DNA of 64,000 nucleotides, from assembly GCA_030704615.1 (NCBI GenBank), contig CM060731.1, forward strand, positions 19,840,001 to 19,904,000, given 5' to 3'. Below, in pieces: positions 14,203 to 26,774 of the stretch (the stretch's first letter is position 1; each line of letters begins with the position of its first letter). The position numbers were made by a program, and so were the translations under genes. The DNA is from Takakia lepidozioides (lineage: Eukaryota; Plantae; Bryophyta). The notes under the pieces were generated by a model, which was given only the letters and a program-made list of their open reading frames with translations, did not search any database and had not been told where the DNA came from.

Positions 14203-15759
14203 TCAGGAGACAGGATTAGTCTGTCCTTATTGAGGTTCAGATACTACTTGCCGATTAATTGTCAAAGCTCAAGACAGCATGGCGCTGCAAATGCTCAGAC
14301 AATGATGGAAAGTGGCTGTGCAAGCAGTCATCATCACGCAACAGAGTGCAATTAAAGGGCAGCCAGTGTGTGCTCCCGGATGTGGGCCCAAGACCAGCAA
14401 TTGTGCACTATCGTTGAAAAACTGTGAATTGCTGGCTGGAGCGGTAGTGCGGTCAGATCCAGGTTTCTGTAGGTACGATTTCATAATAGAGTACATTGAC
14501 AGGCTTGACAAAATGCACTGAATGGCCACTCATCGTATCTCACTTGTACTTCGGGAACAGGGCTTTTCATGTCCATTTTGTATATAGATGCAGTTTTCTC
14601 CCTTGGGTTCCATCATCTTGAATCGTATAGATTTGGCTTTTGTGTCGTGTCAAAATGCAAAGCTAGGTATTACTACTGTGAGAAGCTTGGCATGGAGAGA
14701 AGTCTAGTGTCACCACAAGGTAACAAGAAGAGTACTTGAAGCATGTCACAAGGCAGCAAAGGAGAGTGGCGGGCGTTCAGGCCTAACTTAGATTTTATTT
14801 CCCACAGGGTTAACTTATCACTGCAATCAGAAAATGAACATTCTGCGTGCACACTGGTTGCTACACTGTCTTGGTGGGTACTAGTCAAGGGAGGTCTTGG
14901 TAGGTCTGTTTTCTCGTTGAGGGATCAAGAACATTTTTAAACCACACTGATTGCTGAAGACGGTTTTCAAAACATGGAGACCATGAAGATTTCCTCTATT
15001 TGAACATGCCCTACGACAATTCCCATGTGAAGCTACCCACTGCTACCAGCATTCACAACTGCATCTTGCCTATGTATGGAGAACCTCCTCTCCTCTACGC
15101 TTTCCATTTGTGATTGCCATACAGTACATGTCACCCAATAGGTTGTGCTGGTGCCGGCTAACCTAGAGCAAGTAGCAGAACGTGTTTGGTTTTTAAATGG
15201 GGTATATTGGTCCTTTTTGACCAGAGACTTACTCTCATTTCTCAGATCACAGTTAGTTATCAGAGCAGCGAGTGATTTCCCTGATCTGCTTTGTCACTCA
15301 GAAAATGTTAGGTAGAAGAGAGAAATGAAATGGTACTTTATGATGTCCATGGGAAGCTGAGCTTATGGGACAAGAGGAAGAAAGAAACAAGGAAAGAGAG
15401 AGGGGCCACAAACAGCCCAAAAGCAATTAGAGCTCAAGAGATTGTCTAAGAGTGAACATGGTAACCTGCCAAGCAATTCTGATCCTTATAATGGAAGACC
15501 TCGAGAGATTGGGTATCCCGAAATAGATAGTTGAATCTCCCATGGATCTCTTAGTATAAAGGGCAGTGAGAAGAAATGTTATTTACTTTCAATTCCCCTG
15601 TAATTCCCAGCCCCAGTGGGGCATAGTCGCTCTTCAGGCTGCACATTCTCCCATCTACCAGTTTCTATCAGCAGACTTTGGGAGCCCACCCTGACCCTGC
15701 CCAATGCACTTAGAAAAGAGGGAGTAATTAGAGAGAGGAAATTTTATTAGCTCAGAATG

Positions 15760-15958
15760 CCCAGTTGACAAAATAGCAGTTTGGGGGGCATGAGAAATGT
15801 AGTACTCATTGGTTATCCCTGATGATAACAACTCGACGAAACTTGCAAGACACCCAGTTGATAAAATGGCACTACTTGAGAGAGAGGTTGGGGGGGCATG
15901 AGAAACGCATTACTCGTTGGCCATCCCTGTTAATAACAGCTCAACGGAACTTGCAAGA
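15760..15958. repeat. Diverged tandem duplication, about 93-105 bp units
   Basis: CCCAGTTGA.AAAAT...GGGGGGCATGAGAAA...ACTTGCAAGA occurs twice in tandem. Confidence 0.8.
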
Positions 15959-16749
15959 AGCCAACTAATGTGGGATACTAATCTCCCTGGTTGGTTGTGG
16001 AGTAAGATGCAGGCAATAATGTTCTGAATATATATCCCTAGAGCAACTACTTCAGAATCCATATAATATTCCTAAAACCCCACAAGTATGCAACACTTGA
16101 GCCTGACATTCCTACAGCCCTCGTGGACAGCTGAAGACAAAAAACGTTGTGCAAATTTGAGTGTCAAGGACTGGCATTGCCATAATCAGAGGGGAGAGGG
16201 TATCTTTAGTGAAGTCCACCCCCTTGTCCTCTCCATTTTCTGTGTGCCTTATTTACACTTTTGGTTAGGGCTCCTTACTTTGGAATGAGAGAGGGAGAGA
16301 GAGAGGAGAGAGAGGGCCAAAAAAAATAAAAAGGTGGGGGGGGGGGAGTGACTGAGCAGCTGCACTGAACTACAATGTGTTTATAAGTAGTAAACACATT
16401 GCCCTTGATGGGTGGAGACAGATAAAGAAAATAGCACTGTCGTGTCCTAGAAGGCAGAAGCTCATGTTGATATGGACCAGTTATGACTCTTCACACCATG
16501 ACCGTGCTGCATTGAGTTTCTCTACCAGAGTCTCTGCTTTTTTTTTGCTAGTTTCTTTGTCCAACTTGTCCACAATCCTACTAGAGAATGTTCCTTGGGC
16601 GAAAGAAGGGAGAGATACCCTTCCACCATAGCTTTCCCTCCTTTCAATGTAGGCCTATCGCCTCTGAACTGCAGTCTTTGCTCGAGAGACACACACACAA
16701 ACTTTGACCCCTACCACAGTTATTCTTAGGGCATTTGGTTGCTTGGATG

Positions 16750-17137
16750 CCCGGAATTCCCTTTAAAGCTTGCTTAATTATTTTTACAGATTCTTTCATT
16801 TCTCCGATTCGTACCAAATAACGAGCTAATGAATCTCCTTCTTCTTGCCACTGAATCTGCCAATCCGATTCGTCATAACATTCATAATGATCAACTTTAC
16901 GAACATCCCATTGAACTCCCGAAGATCGTAACATGGGTCCAGATAAACCCCAATTTATCGCTTCTTCCCTACCAACAATACCTATTCCCTCTACCCGTTT
17001 GAGAAAAATGGGATTTCGTGTAATAAGTTTCTCATATTCATCAACTTTTGGTAAGAAGTAATCACAGAAATCTAAACATTTGTCTACCCAACCATAAGGT
17101 GAATCTACAGCCACTCCTATGATACGAAAAAAATTAT
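16750..17137 (-). pseudogene. ndhH: Nuclear insertion of plastid DNA (NUPT): internal fragment of ndhH
   Basis: AT-rich segment encoding [48 protein letters not shown]...[30 protein letters not shown]. Both ends are truncated and the flanks are unrelated. Confidence 0.95.
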
Positions 17138-17421
17138 TAAGTGTAATGGTCAAGAGAGATGCTGGTATAACAACCAAGCTGGATGACCTGCTCAGACAAG
17201 AGTGCAAAAAGATCCTCAAGAATTTCCCCCCCTCCAGCCACTCCTATCTTGCTATGAAGAAAGCTACAAAGTTTTGTCCATCAGATAAAATCCTTGGATA
17301 TAGAATCTGACCTCATGTCAAAAACTACCAGTCTTCTTTGCTTGGACTCCTGGAGCCTCAGTGCAGAGAGAGAGCACATGCTCTACACCTTGAAACAGTG
17401 GCCTCATTGCCCATAACCTGG

Positions 17422-17793
17422 CTAAGCAGGCTCCGATGTTAGATGTAACAGTCTCCCTCCTTTGACATGTTGAGCCTCCAACTCGTGCACCAAATGTACA
17501 GCATTCTTCAGATGAGAGCGCGTCTCCCAGGTTGATTCAGAATGCGGATAACCCTTCCACTTAACAAGAAATTCAACCCGAGTTTTGCCACGATCTTTTC
17601 GTTCTCGCCGGTCAAGCACAGCTTCTACTTCAAATGCTTTAGGTCCTTTGTTCACTGGCACAGGTGGAGGCCGCGCAAAAGCATAATCACCTCCATCAAC
17701 AGCCGGTATATATGGCTTCAATAGCCATGTGACATTCTTCAAGCCCTCGGGAATGTCAAGATGGTATGTCACCTTTCCCACCCTGTCTTTCAT
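17422..17793 (-). mobile_element. Ty3/gypsy chromovirus remnant (integrase C-terminus plus chromodomain)
   Basis: RVGKVTYHLDIP...LLKPY followed by chromodomain FEVEAVLDRR...EFLVKWKGYPHSESTWE...LKNA. Confidence 0.88.
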
Positions 17794-18599
17794 GTTATAA
17801 AACTCCTCATGCCCAGATCAGATAGCTATCTCTGTCGAACTGATACTTCTGGCAACAAATCACAAATTTTCTCTGGTGTGCGTCATATGCCCAGTGTGGG
17901 TGACTAACTTCTGTTTAATTCCAAAATTTTAGCCTGTAGATAGAGTATGAGCTCCATAAGTGTAGACCGCGCAAAGGCTGTCTGCCCCCAGCCCTGAGAA
18001 GGCAGTTGCAAAATGCAGCTTAGGTAAGTGTCCATTGACCAGACAGACGGCGCTCTATGTTAAAAGTACATGTGGAATCTAATGTGTATGCCTGGTCACC
18101 CATTGAGCCTCAACAGAAGAAATACTCATTAATCTCTGCAAGGAAAGAATTTCTTGAACATCAACAGGATCAACAAAAGCATTGTTACAAAGTGGTAAAT
18201 GAATGCATCCAGTAAACATCCCATCTGATGAGGATCCTGCCGATTGAGTCATGGTGTACACAAGTCCAGCTCAACCTTGAAAAAAGAGTCCCCAAAAAGC
18301 TCTTGACATAATTCAGACTACAACTTCTCGCAGCATATGTAGGGAAAATAAGCGGCACATTTGCTGCCAGACATCCATTATTGAAACAACCCAAAAGAAC
18401 AAATCAGAGGCTTTCCGATATTCTGATTCAAAGGGCTGCAATGTGTCTGCATATAATTCAAAATCTATCTGGTGTGCACCTTTTCCAGTTTTGTGTTCAC
18501 ATTTAAGGTGCACAACTTCCCAAGCTCATGCCATTTTGCTAACCTGTGAGACAGCTCTAAGAGGTGGAACACTGGATGAGGCTCTAGTAATGAAACTAG

Positions 18600-21500
18600 T
18601 TACTTTGATAGTTTCTCGCCTCGCTCAGTTGCAGCCACAACTGCATTCATGAGCGCTGCCCGGAACCCCCGCCTCTCTAGTTCGTGAATGCCTGCTATGG
18701 TTGTGCCTGCAGAGAGAAAAAACAAGTGAAATAAAAATTGTGCAAACCCAGCAAAGCGTTTCAGGAAAGCCAAATGAGGGTTTGATTCCTAAAGGACCTA
18801 ATGCTCATAAGGGTGTTTGGCAGAGCATTGGTTGACAAGTAGGGATGCTTGAGACTTGCAAGCAAGCAAGCATCATGGCATTGTCTTGTGGACTGTCATT
18901 GTCTTCAAGAGGTCGTCTTGCCATTCATGATTCCAGCCAGATCTGGGAAACTGATAGAAGCAGACTAGGATGTACCTCCAGGCGATGTAACTTCATCTTT
19001 AAGCTGACCAGGGTGCTTCTTTGTCTCCAAGACCATCTTTGCAGATCCCAACACCTGCTATGCCCCCACAACATACTTTCGGAATTACCCGATAAATTGT
19101 GACTGATCATGTAAGCTTCTAGATGGAACTTTGTTTGGTGACACAAAAGGACTGGATATCCAGCTCCTCCCCACCACCACATCCTAACCTGGAGACAGAT
19201 TCCGCTACACATATCGTAGATAATACACATAGCATGAGGCGTCTTTTCAACAGTCGAGCGACTTACACCCAAGGTGAAGTACTGTTGATCTAAATCATGT
19301 CCAGAAATTTTAAGTGGATGATCGATATTGTAGTAGTTTTAAGACTAACCAGCTTGGGGGTACAAAACTGGCTCTTACTGTCTGAGCTGCAAGAGAAAGA
19401 GCAATATCACGGGGAAGGCCTGCAGCCACACCACCATCTGCAAGTGCTTCAATGGCCAAAAACACATAAGCCGGTCCACTCCCGCTGCAAGAAATATCAG
19501 CACCGCCTAAGCATTACTCCTTATAAACTGTGGAATCTTCACAAAAGAATGGATGTCAGTAACATGAAGGGGGCACTCACTGCTCTTAGACTACTAGTGA
19601 ATTTTATTGAAGTTAGGAAGTGATGAAGTACATGATGCACAGTGTACATGAACATGTACCTGAGGCCAGTCACCGCATTCAACAACTTTTCATCAACCAC
19701 ATGAATAGTGCCGATCGCATTAAACAGACTCCTCACAAGATCTGAATCCTCTGACGTTGCCTGTGCCCCTAGGCTTAGGCCTGCCCCAAAACATCAATAA
19801 CAAATTTAAGAAGTCACGCCTATTGTGAGTGGAACAGGAAAACTTAGACAGCAATGCAAAGGATTGCTGCTGCAGAAGCACCTATAGACACCTACACACA
19901 CCCTACTTTTGGCAGGTGTAGTCCTGGCAGTAATAACCGAATTCTCCTACCAATCACATTGTAGGAATGTCTAATCCAGCTTTCATGTCACAACTCTCCA
20001 ACTACATCTGCCTCTGAAGCCTTTAACTTGAAAATTATGCCCCCAGAAGTGTGGGATAAACTCCAGACTTGCAATTGTAAGTAATCGAATAAAACTTTGC
20101 AGCGACTCACAGTCAGACCATCAAAAACAACTAACCTAGTCCACTAATCTCTCCAGCAAGGAACATCAAACGTCTAGTCACCCAATTTCTACTGGAGTGC
20201 AGACCTTTAGAAAGGGAATGCACCTGCAGCCGTCTCACCCACAAGGCACGGCAAATTGGGCATCACCCTTACAACTCTTGCATCTCCTGCCCATTTCTGC
20301 ATGCAAGCCTTTCCCCTTATTGAGCATCACATGGGCTCCACAGATATAGGAGTATCTCGGATGTGTAAACAACTTGAAGTTAATGACCTCAGGAGAAATT
20401 GCAACTTATTAATTGGAGGAAAATTAGTGGTTTTATTACTCGTATCAAAATTTGACTTCCAGAATAGCAGCAAGAATCCAACAGTAATGCAGATCTCGCG
20501 CAAAGATATGTCTTCTTTGTCCAACAGTACATGAGGGAAAGCAGCAAGTAATAGCAGCATGAGATCTGACAAGATCAATGCACCAGTTTATGCTAAATTC
20601 GATAAGAAGAAGCTCAATCATCCTGCCAAGTTTCCAATGACCAAGGCCATTAGGGTTGAACCGATGCATGCATGAAAAATGTCACCCTCCCGCACAGAGG
20701 AACCACAAACCTGCAAATTTCCAAGGCTTATGCCGGCAGCAATAGAAACCAAGAGATGGTTCTTTGTCAAACTCGGGCTGAGCTCTGTCAACACCTTCTC
20801 CACTGCATCCATGTACAAAACAGTTCGTTAGATGCCCATCTCCATCGATAGCATAAAATTCCTTACCCAAGTCTAAACACCCTGCATCGGAAGCTGAAGC
20901 AGAAACGTTTCTTGAGCTTCCAGTCTCCAAAATGGGATTTGAGGGCGTCATCTTGTGCCGGTTCGTCATGACGTGAGCACTTCGGGCACCAGTATTAGAC
21001 GTCATTAAAAGTGACAAGCACGTGCAGGCTGCCACATTGTGGAAAGTGAAGGAAAGCACAAAGTATTGCAAGTTTCTCTGTCCATATTGACCTCACTTGA
21101 TATTGCGCTGATTAATCTCAAGCACTATATTACTGTCAGGAGAGTGGGGGGGACTGCACACACCAACTTGGGGCTTCACGGCGAGTATCAGCACATTGCT
21201 GCTCTCTGCGACCTGTTCCCTCCATCAAAACAAGGCAGATCAAATAAACTGTACTACACAGGAGATGACTCAATTTCAGTCAGAAATTCAGAAATTTTAT
21301 TACGTGCAAAAATTAGTTCACACTTCAAATCAAGAAAAATTAAAAAACCACCCAAACAACCCAACATGGCAGATCGTCCAACTACATGTTCTTCCCCGCA
21401 ATTGGACTTCCCACTTCAGGGGCGTTGAAGGATCCACGAGACGCGTACCTTAGAATTGGATGCGCACACAGAGGCTCCGATACTCTCAAAAACTTGGCAT

Positions 21501-21640
21501 CGACTAGCATTGACGTCGGATGCACTCATGCGCCCAGCGGGCAAGACCCCTGCACGATCCAGGCCCCTGGCTATTGCCTCCGCCATCTGGCCACCTCCAA
21601 TGAATCCCAATCGCGTGCTCGCTGCCGCATCGATCCCCAT
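18600..21640 (-). CDS. P5CR: Pyrroline-5-carboxylate reductase, 8 exons
   Basis: Exon 1 (21640-21449) has [16 protein letters not shown]. Later exons give [52 protein letters not shown] and ALMNAVVAA..., ending LSK* at 18600-18602. All introns are GT-AG. Confidence 0.95.
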
Positions 21641-21906
21641 GGCGACGGTGAGCAGCACAAGGGATCCAAACTACAACCCAGATCCCCCTCAACAACACAA
21701 GAGCCCGGAATCCAAGAGAAATGTGCGCGGGAGATAGAACGAGCCATCGCTCTGCCCTGCCCTTCTTCAACTCCTCGCACGCTCGGGCCGCTGTGGATCT
21801 CGTGAGCAGACATGCGTCTTGTGGCCGCTCACCCTACCCCCCCCCCCCACTCTTTCTTTTCTCTCTGTCTATGTATTTTACTTAGCAGCATAGACAGACT
21901 TTCAGT

Positions 21907-23022
21907 GACGAATGGCCCAAATGTTCAATATATCTTAAACGTCTTTACGACATTATCACTATAGACGACACTACGTACAGATCAAACACACTTCTCATCA
22001 ACACTGTAAAAAATATGTATAAGTCATACTTGAACCCAAAGTCGATCAATATCTTCCGGTGTTGGGCGGTTACCCGCCGAGACCCAGGTTAACCGCTGGT
22101 AACCGGGCCCATTCCTACCGAACCCGACCCGAAACCGGAACCTGCCAATGGGGATCGGCGCAGATCCGAACCGGCGGTTCGTGCTGGGTGTGAGAGCGTG
22201 AGAACTGGCGCACAGGGATAAAAAAAGGTTCTGGTTCTTGAACCCTTGGTGGGCCTTGGCAACATGGCATAACACTAGAGAGCTGGTGGGCTCAGGGCAA
22301 AACTTCTTTAATGCTCTCAAGCTGGTGAGATCCTGGGTTCAATGCTTGAAGGCCATGAGATTCTATGTTCAATGCTTCAGCGACATGACCTGGGGTTCAA
22401 TCTCTAGCTCCATGATATCCTGGCTAAGTTCATTAATAAAATGTTTGAAGATGCCAATACTTGCCAGGTAGCTGAATAGTACTTTCAACCCATAAAATTT
22501 TACCCATTTTCTTCTACCAGTTTATTTAGAGTATTTTTGTTTGTTTTTTTGTGTTAGTGAAAACTAACAAAATCGTTGGATTTTAGTTTAAATATGTGAA
22601 TACATTGCTATTTAATCTACCGGACTGATAAAAAAAATTAAATCTAATTAAATTAAACAAATATATTTTTAATATAGAACCGGAACCTAACCGGGAACTG
22701 ATGGTTTTTTTATCAGCAACTAACCGGTAACCGGAACCGCCCCCATGTTTAAAAGTTGGATCCGGAACTAGACCGGAACCAGCTCAATAAAAAAAAACCG
22801 GATCCGGATCCGGAACCGTCTCTTGAAATAATTGTGGAACCGGAACCGAAGGTTCCTTCACAAATGCAAGAACCGCCCAACACTGATATCTTCCTTCCAA
22901 AATATAAAGCGCTCATCGACCCATACAAGGACAGGTTTCTTCTGGATGAACTCAAACCGCACCTTGAAGAGTTGCGGTTATCCGGAAAAGACGCTAATAT
23001 ATTCAACGTGAAAAACCCATAA
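21907..23022 (+). pseudogene. FCP1/SCP-like (NIF) domain copy 1, C-terminal half, split by the MITE
   Basis: Removing the MITE and one TSD restores one frame: IYLKRLYDII...SNTLLINT...KSYLNPKSINIF|LPKYKAL...FLLDELKPHLEEL. This parallels the K-L...NTLLIDD...K...NP block of the neighbouring copies. Confidence 0.65.
22057..22885 (-). mobile_element. hAT-type MITE, copy 2 (inverted relative to copy 1)
   Basis: Termini CGGTGTTGGGCGGTT (22057) and AACCGCCCAACACTG (22885). Perfect 8-bp TSD ATATCTTC at 22049-22056 and 22886-22893. Confidence 0.93.
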
Positions 23023-23269
23023 GATGTCGACCGTATAATGACCCAAAGGTCAAATGCCTCTTGTTCTGGCATTTGCAGTGGCAAGTTTAACTTTGAAAAC
23101 AAAAATTTCCTGACACTTCCTTGGAACAGATTGAAACGTAGATGGCCACTCAAGATTTTCCTGAACCTCGACTGTCCAGTGGACGTTGCTCCCAATGTCA
23201 ATCCTGTCCATGGTTTATCTTGATTACCACCTAAATGGATGTATGAATTTATCACAGATTGCAGCACCA

Positions 23270-23887
23270 GTTTCTCCACTTGCGAAAGGATTGCGTGTGA
23301 TAATTTTTGACCTGAATGGAGTCTTAAAGCACCAGAAGAGCTACAATGTCCCCCGGATGTCCGAGACAAACTACAGGATACCAACTCTTGTTGGATTTCG
23401 ACTTATCTATAGGCGGGAAAAATATCATGAGATGTGGACAGAGTTGAACAAACATTTCCGTCTAAGAATATAGAGTTGCATGATGTACAAGAACTTGTAG
23501 CATCTCCTGGATTTTATGCTTTGGGGTCTTCCTCAGCCGACATTCGTTATGTCTCAAGACGATTGTATCTCCTGTCCTACTTTTGTCCACCCTCAATTTA
23601 TATTAGGATACGACCCACCGAGTCTGTTCTTGAAGCCATTGATGACGGTCTGGCAAAGATTTGGTGGTCAGTACAACATGAGTAACACTCTACTCATTGA
23701 CGATTCTGCTATTAAGTGTGTGTTAAACCCGCCTAAATCCTGTCTGATTCTAAAATCATTTGAATCCGTGGACACGGACTCTTGCTATCTCCAGAAGATT
23801 CTCCTGAAATATTTGCTTGAAATGAAGAAATCTCGCACCGTTTCCAGTTATCTCAGGGAAAAAATGATAGGACTTAAGCCTTATTAG
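23270..23887 (+). pseudogene. FCP1/SCP-like (NIF) HAD-fold domain copy 2, with in-frame stops
   Basis: VIIFDLNGVL...RE...HFRLRI*SC (stop where W is expected)...SQDDC...FLKPL...NTLLIDDSAIKCVLNP. Confidence 0.8.
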
Positions 23888-25229
23888 AATGTTTCCACCG
23901 ATCCCAAGTTTAAGCCTCTCTTGGATTATATTGATGATTCTAATTACCGGAATCTCCGATATGATGCTTCAAAGTAAAGATTTTATTGATCAACCACGTC
24001 TATGATGCAATCTCAATTTTTGGTTGGTTTTTCTATAGGTTGTGTTGTATTTCTTTAAGGACTGTTGTCTTTTGTGCTTTCCGTCTCAATGTGACTTGAC
24101 ATGGGATTGTATGTTATCTCCTTATCTCATCCTTGTGTTTCTCCACCCTACACCACCCCGATCATATGGGATACAGGCCTTCTCGAAATCTCGTCGCGGG
24201 GGCTTTTTCAAATCCGACAACCTCCACTGTGCAGCGGAGGTTATTCTTTGTCTGTACATTAACTATCTAAGTTCGTTTGGGCAGGTTCATGGAGATGCTG
24301 CGGATGCAAACTTCTCGTCGGGACCTCCATTAGAATCCTCCATATCAGAAATTCGTCGACAGATGGGCAACATTCGTACTATTGTTCAGATTTATGTCAT
24401 CGACGGTGAAGCATCATCCAGGCACTTGGCTTCCGTTCAATTGCACGACCCTCTTCTTCAGTCCATTCCTAAAAAGGATGTTCTGTCGCATGATTGTTTA
24501 GGATTGAATGTCGAAGGTGGAAGCCAACCTGACAAATGTGTAGGAGATTTCATGGACCTCGTTCTACAATCCTCACCCTCTTTGTTAAGTGTGAAGGGTT
24601 TGAGATCTACCTCGAAAATGTCAGCCATTAAAGACGCAGCTGAGGCTGCGCCTCCACAGCACACTGCAGTTGCCTCTCTTCCCTCCTTCTCTCCCCAACA
24701 CGAGGGTTGGACAACCCAAATCAGAAGGAGTCAGATAAAATTACTTATATCTGAATTCTTACTCGTCCTTTTGTTTTCCTTAGTATTGGGTCTAATGTTC
24801 TTGTTTTACTCGGGGCCAGAAAATCTGCGGATTATGACATTCCTGTCAAACGACGTCTTCATTGGAATTCTGTTCCGGAGGTAATCCCTTCGTTACGTGT
24901 GAATTCCATTCAGGATGTGGAGTGCTCAAGGGACAATTTCCATTCTGTTCCCCTTCTCCGCAACCCTTTGGACGAGGACAAGGATGAAACAATTGCAACT
25001 TCTCGATTTCCTAACCCTGCAGTGTTGGCGCAATATTCTGCACCAAGGAAGCGGAATAGAGCCCCCAAACCATTTCCATCTCTTTTACAAATCGGTTCCA
25101 CCGGAGAAAAGTCTGTCTTCCGAGACAAAGTGTCAAGGACGAGAACATGACTGAACACAATCAAGAGATCAGACTAGAGGTACAAGACTAGATAAGAAGT
25201 CAAGGTCGACGTGGCATGGTGGGTGTTGT

Positions 25230-25505
25230 GTGCAGTTTAAGTTGAAGGACAAAATCAGCCTGTATGATCCTCATTTACCACGACACAGGGCTGCTAGTGG
25301 AATTGTCACTGGTGTGCTTGGCAAAGACACATATCACTGTCGTGTTATACCTGAAGGATTGTGGTGGGTTGAGGTGAATGATATCTATATTGCCAATTGT
25401 GTCTTGTCTCACCCTAACGAGGAAGAGGTCCCACCGCAAACAATGTTGGAGGATGTCGTCGGTCTGAATTGTCTTTGGCCAGAGAAGAACATGAAGATGG
25501 CTTAG
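25230..25505 (+). mobile_element. CACTA Tnp1/En-Spm-like accessory domain
   Basis: AASGIV...G...H...IPEG..VEV...L.HP....L.DVVG..LWP pattern typical of CACTA ORF2 C-terminal domains. It lies just inside a CACTA 3' end. Confidence 0.65.
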
Positions 25506-25699
25506 ATTTCGTTCGCCCGGGAATAGACATTGCTGACAGTGAGAAGAAGGCAGGAAATCAGTTCAGTGTTCATAGCATGCATGTGGAGATGTCGTGTAGA
25601 AGTTAGGCTCAGACTTTTATCATGGCTGGATTTTGTTGACAGTGTTCCAACACTTAACTCTCTGGGATTCTAGTCTATTTTGTGGAGCTTGAATCCCCA

Positions 25700-26589
25700 A
25701 TGGTACTTCTTTCACTACACTAGTGGTATATGTTCCTCTAGTCATGTTCATAATCACTTGCACATCACTGTAATAGTGGTATAATTTAAAACAGTGGGAG
25801 TAGCCAAATGCACACAATTGCCTACATTACCAATCGTATAGTGGTATAAGTAGTCACATATATATTACTGTACTAGTGGTATGAATTCCTCCAGTGGTAT
25901 TCCTAATCACTTACACACCACTCTGTTAGTAATCACTCCAATCCATAGTTCCCACTCAGAGAGATACCATGAATGACTCAAATAGCTTACACACCACTCT
26001 GTGGGTAATCATTCCAATGACCTGCTGAGAGACGTCATCCACTCACATAACCACTCTGTGAGTGATATTGTATATTCTCCGTTTTCATAGGATGACTCTA
26101 TGAGTCATTTTGTGATCACTCAACAAGTGGTTTCGGAAGTCATTGAATTTCACTCCATCCATTTCGTAGCACTGAGACACGACACATGTCCATGCTGAGA
26201 GTGTCGCCACGTGTCGACATAATCTCCAATATCATCCACGGACCACCGGCTTACACATCTCCACTACAAAACGGAAGTGGTTACTCTACCACTATGACAT
26301 GTCAGTTTACCACTGTGACACATCATAAGTGGTTGGTTTACCTCAGTGACACGTCATTGACATGTCACAGTGGTTAATTTACCACTGTGACACGTCAGCT
26401 AACAGGTGGACCCGGACGTGAGTGGTTCGAACCACTGTCCTTAACCACTGGTGCCACGTAATGTCTTTTACCACTCACTTATCCTAATCCACTGGTTCTT
26501 CATCACTCTGGGGCCAGAGTGGTTTAATGTCTTTTTCCGCTCAAAATGAGTGGTTAACAGAGTGGTTATTCTGCGTTTTTCTTCTAGTG
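25700..26589 (+). mobile_element. CACTA 3' terminal region
   Basis: Ends ...GCGTTTTTCTTCTAGTG at 26589 (reverse complement CACTAGAAGAAAAACGC). Dense ACCACT/AGTGGT subterminal repeats in both orientations. Confidence 0.85.
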
Positions 26590-26774
26590 TTAACCCTCTT
26601 CTTGAAACATTCCAAGCCCACAACACGTATAGGATTTTGCCACTTTTTGCACAATCATGTTGATCTTCCTTACACTCAATCATTCTGGGTCATGGGTATT
26701 TTCATGGCAAAAACACTAATGTCAGTGTGTGATTAACGCTCAGGGATAACTTTGTCTCTCGTCCTTTACATGCA

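Noticed and set aside
16644-17219. 191-aa ORF as a functional nuclear ndhH
   Set aside because: Only an internal part of NdhH is present, the flanks are unrelated, and no transit peptide is evident.
21957-21975. CACTATAGAC as the 5' TIR matching the CACTA end at 26589
   Set aside because: It lies inside the FCP1-like reading frame, diverges after CACTA, has no subterminal repeats, and the flanks TAT and TTA do not form a TSD.
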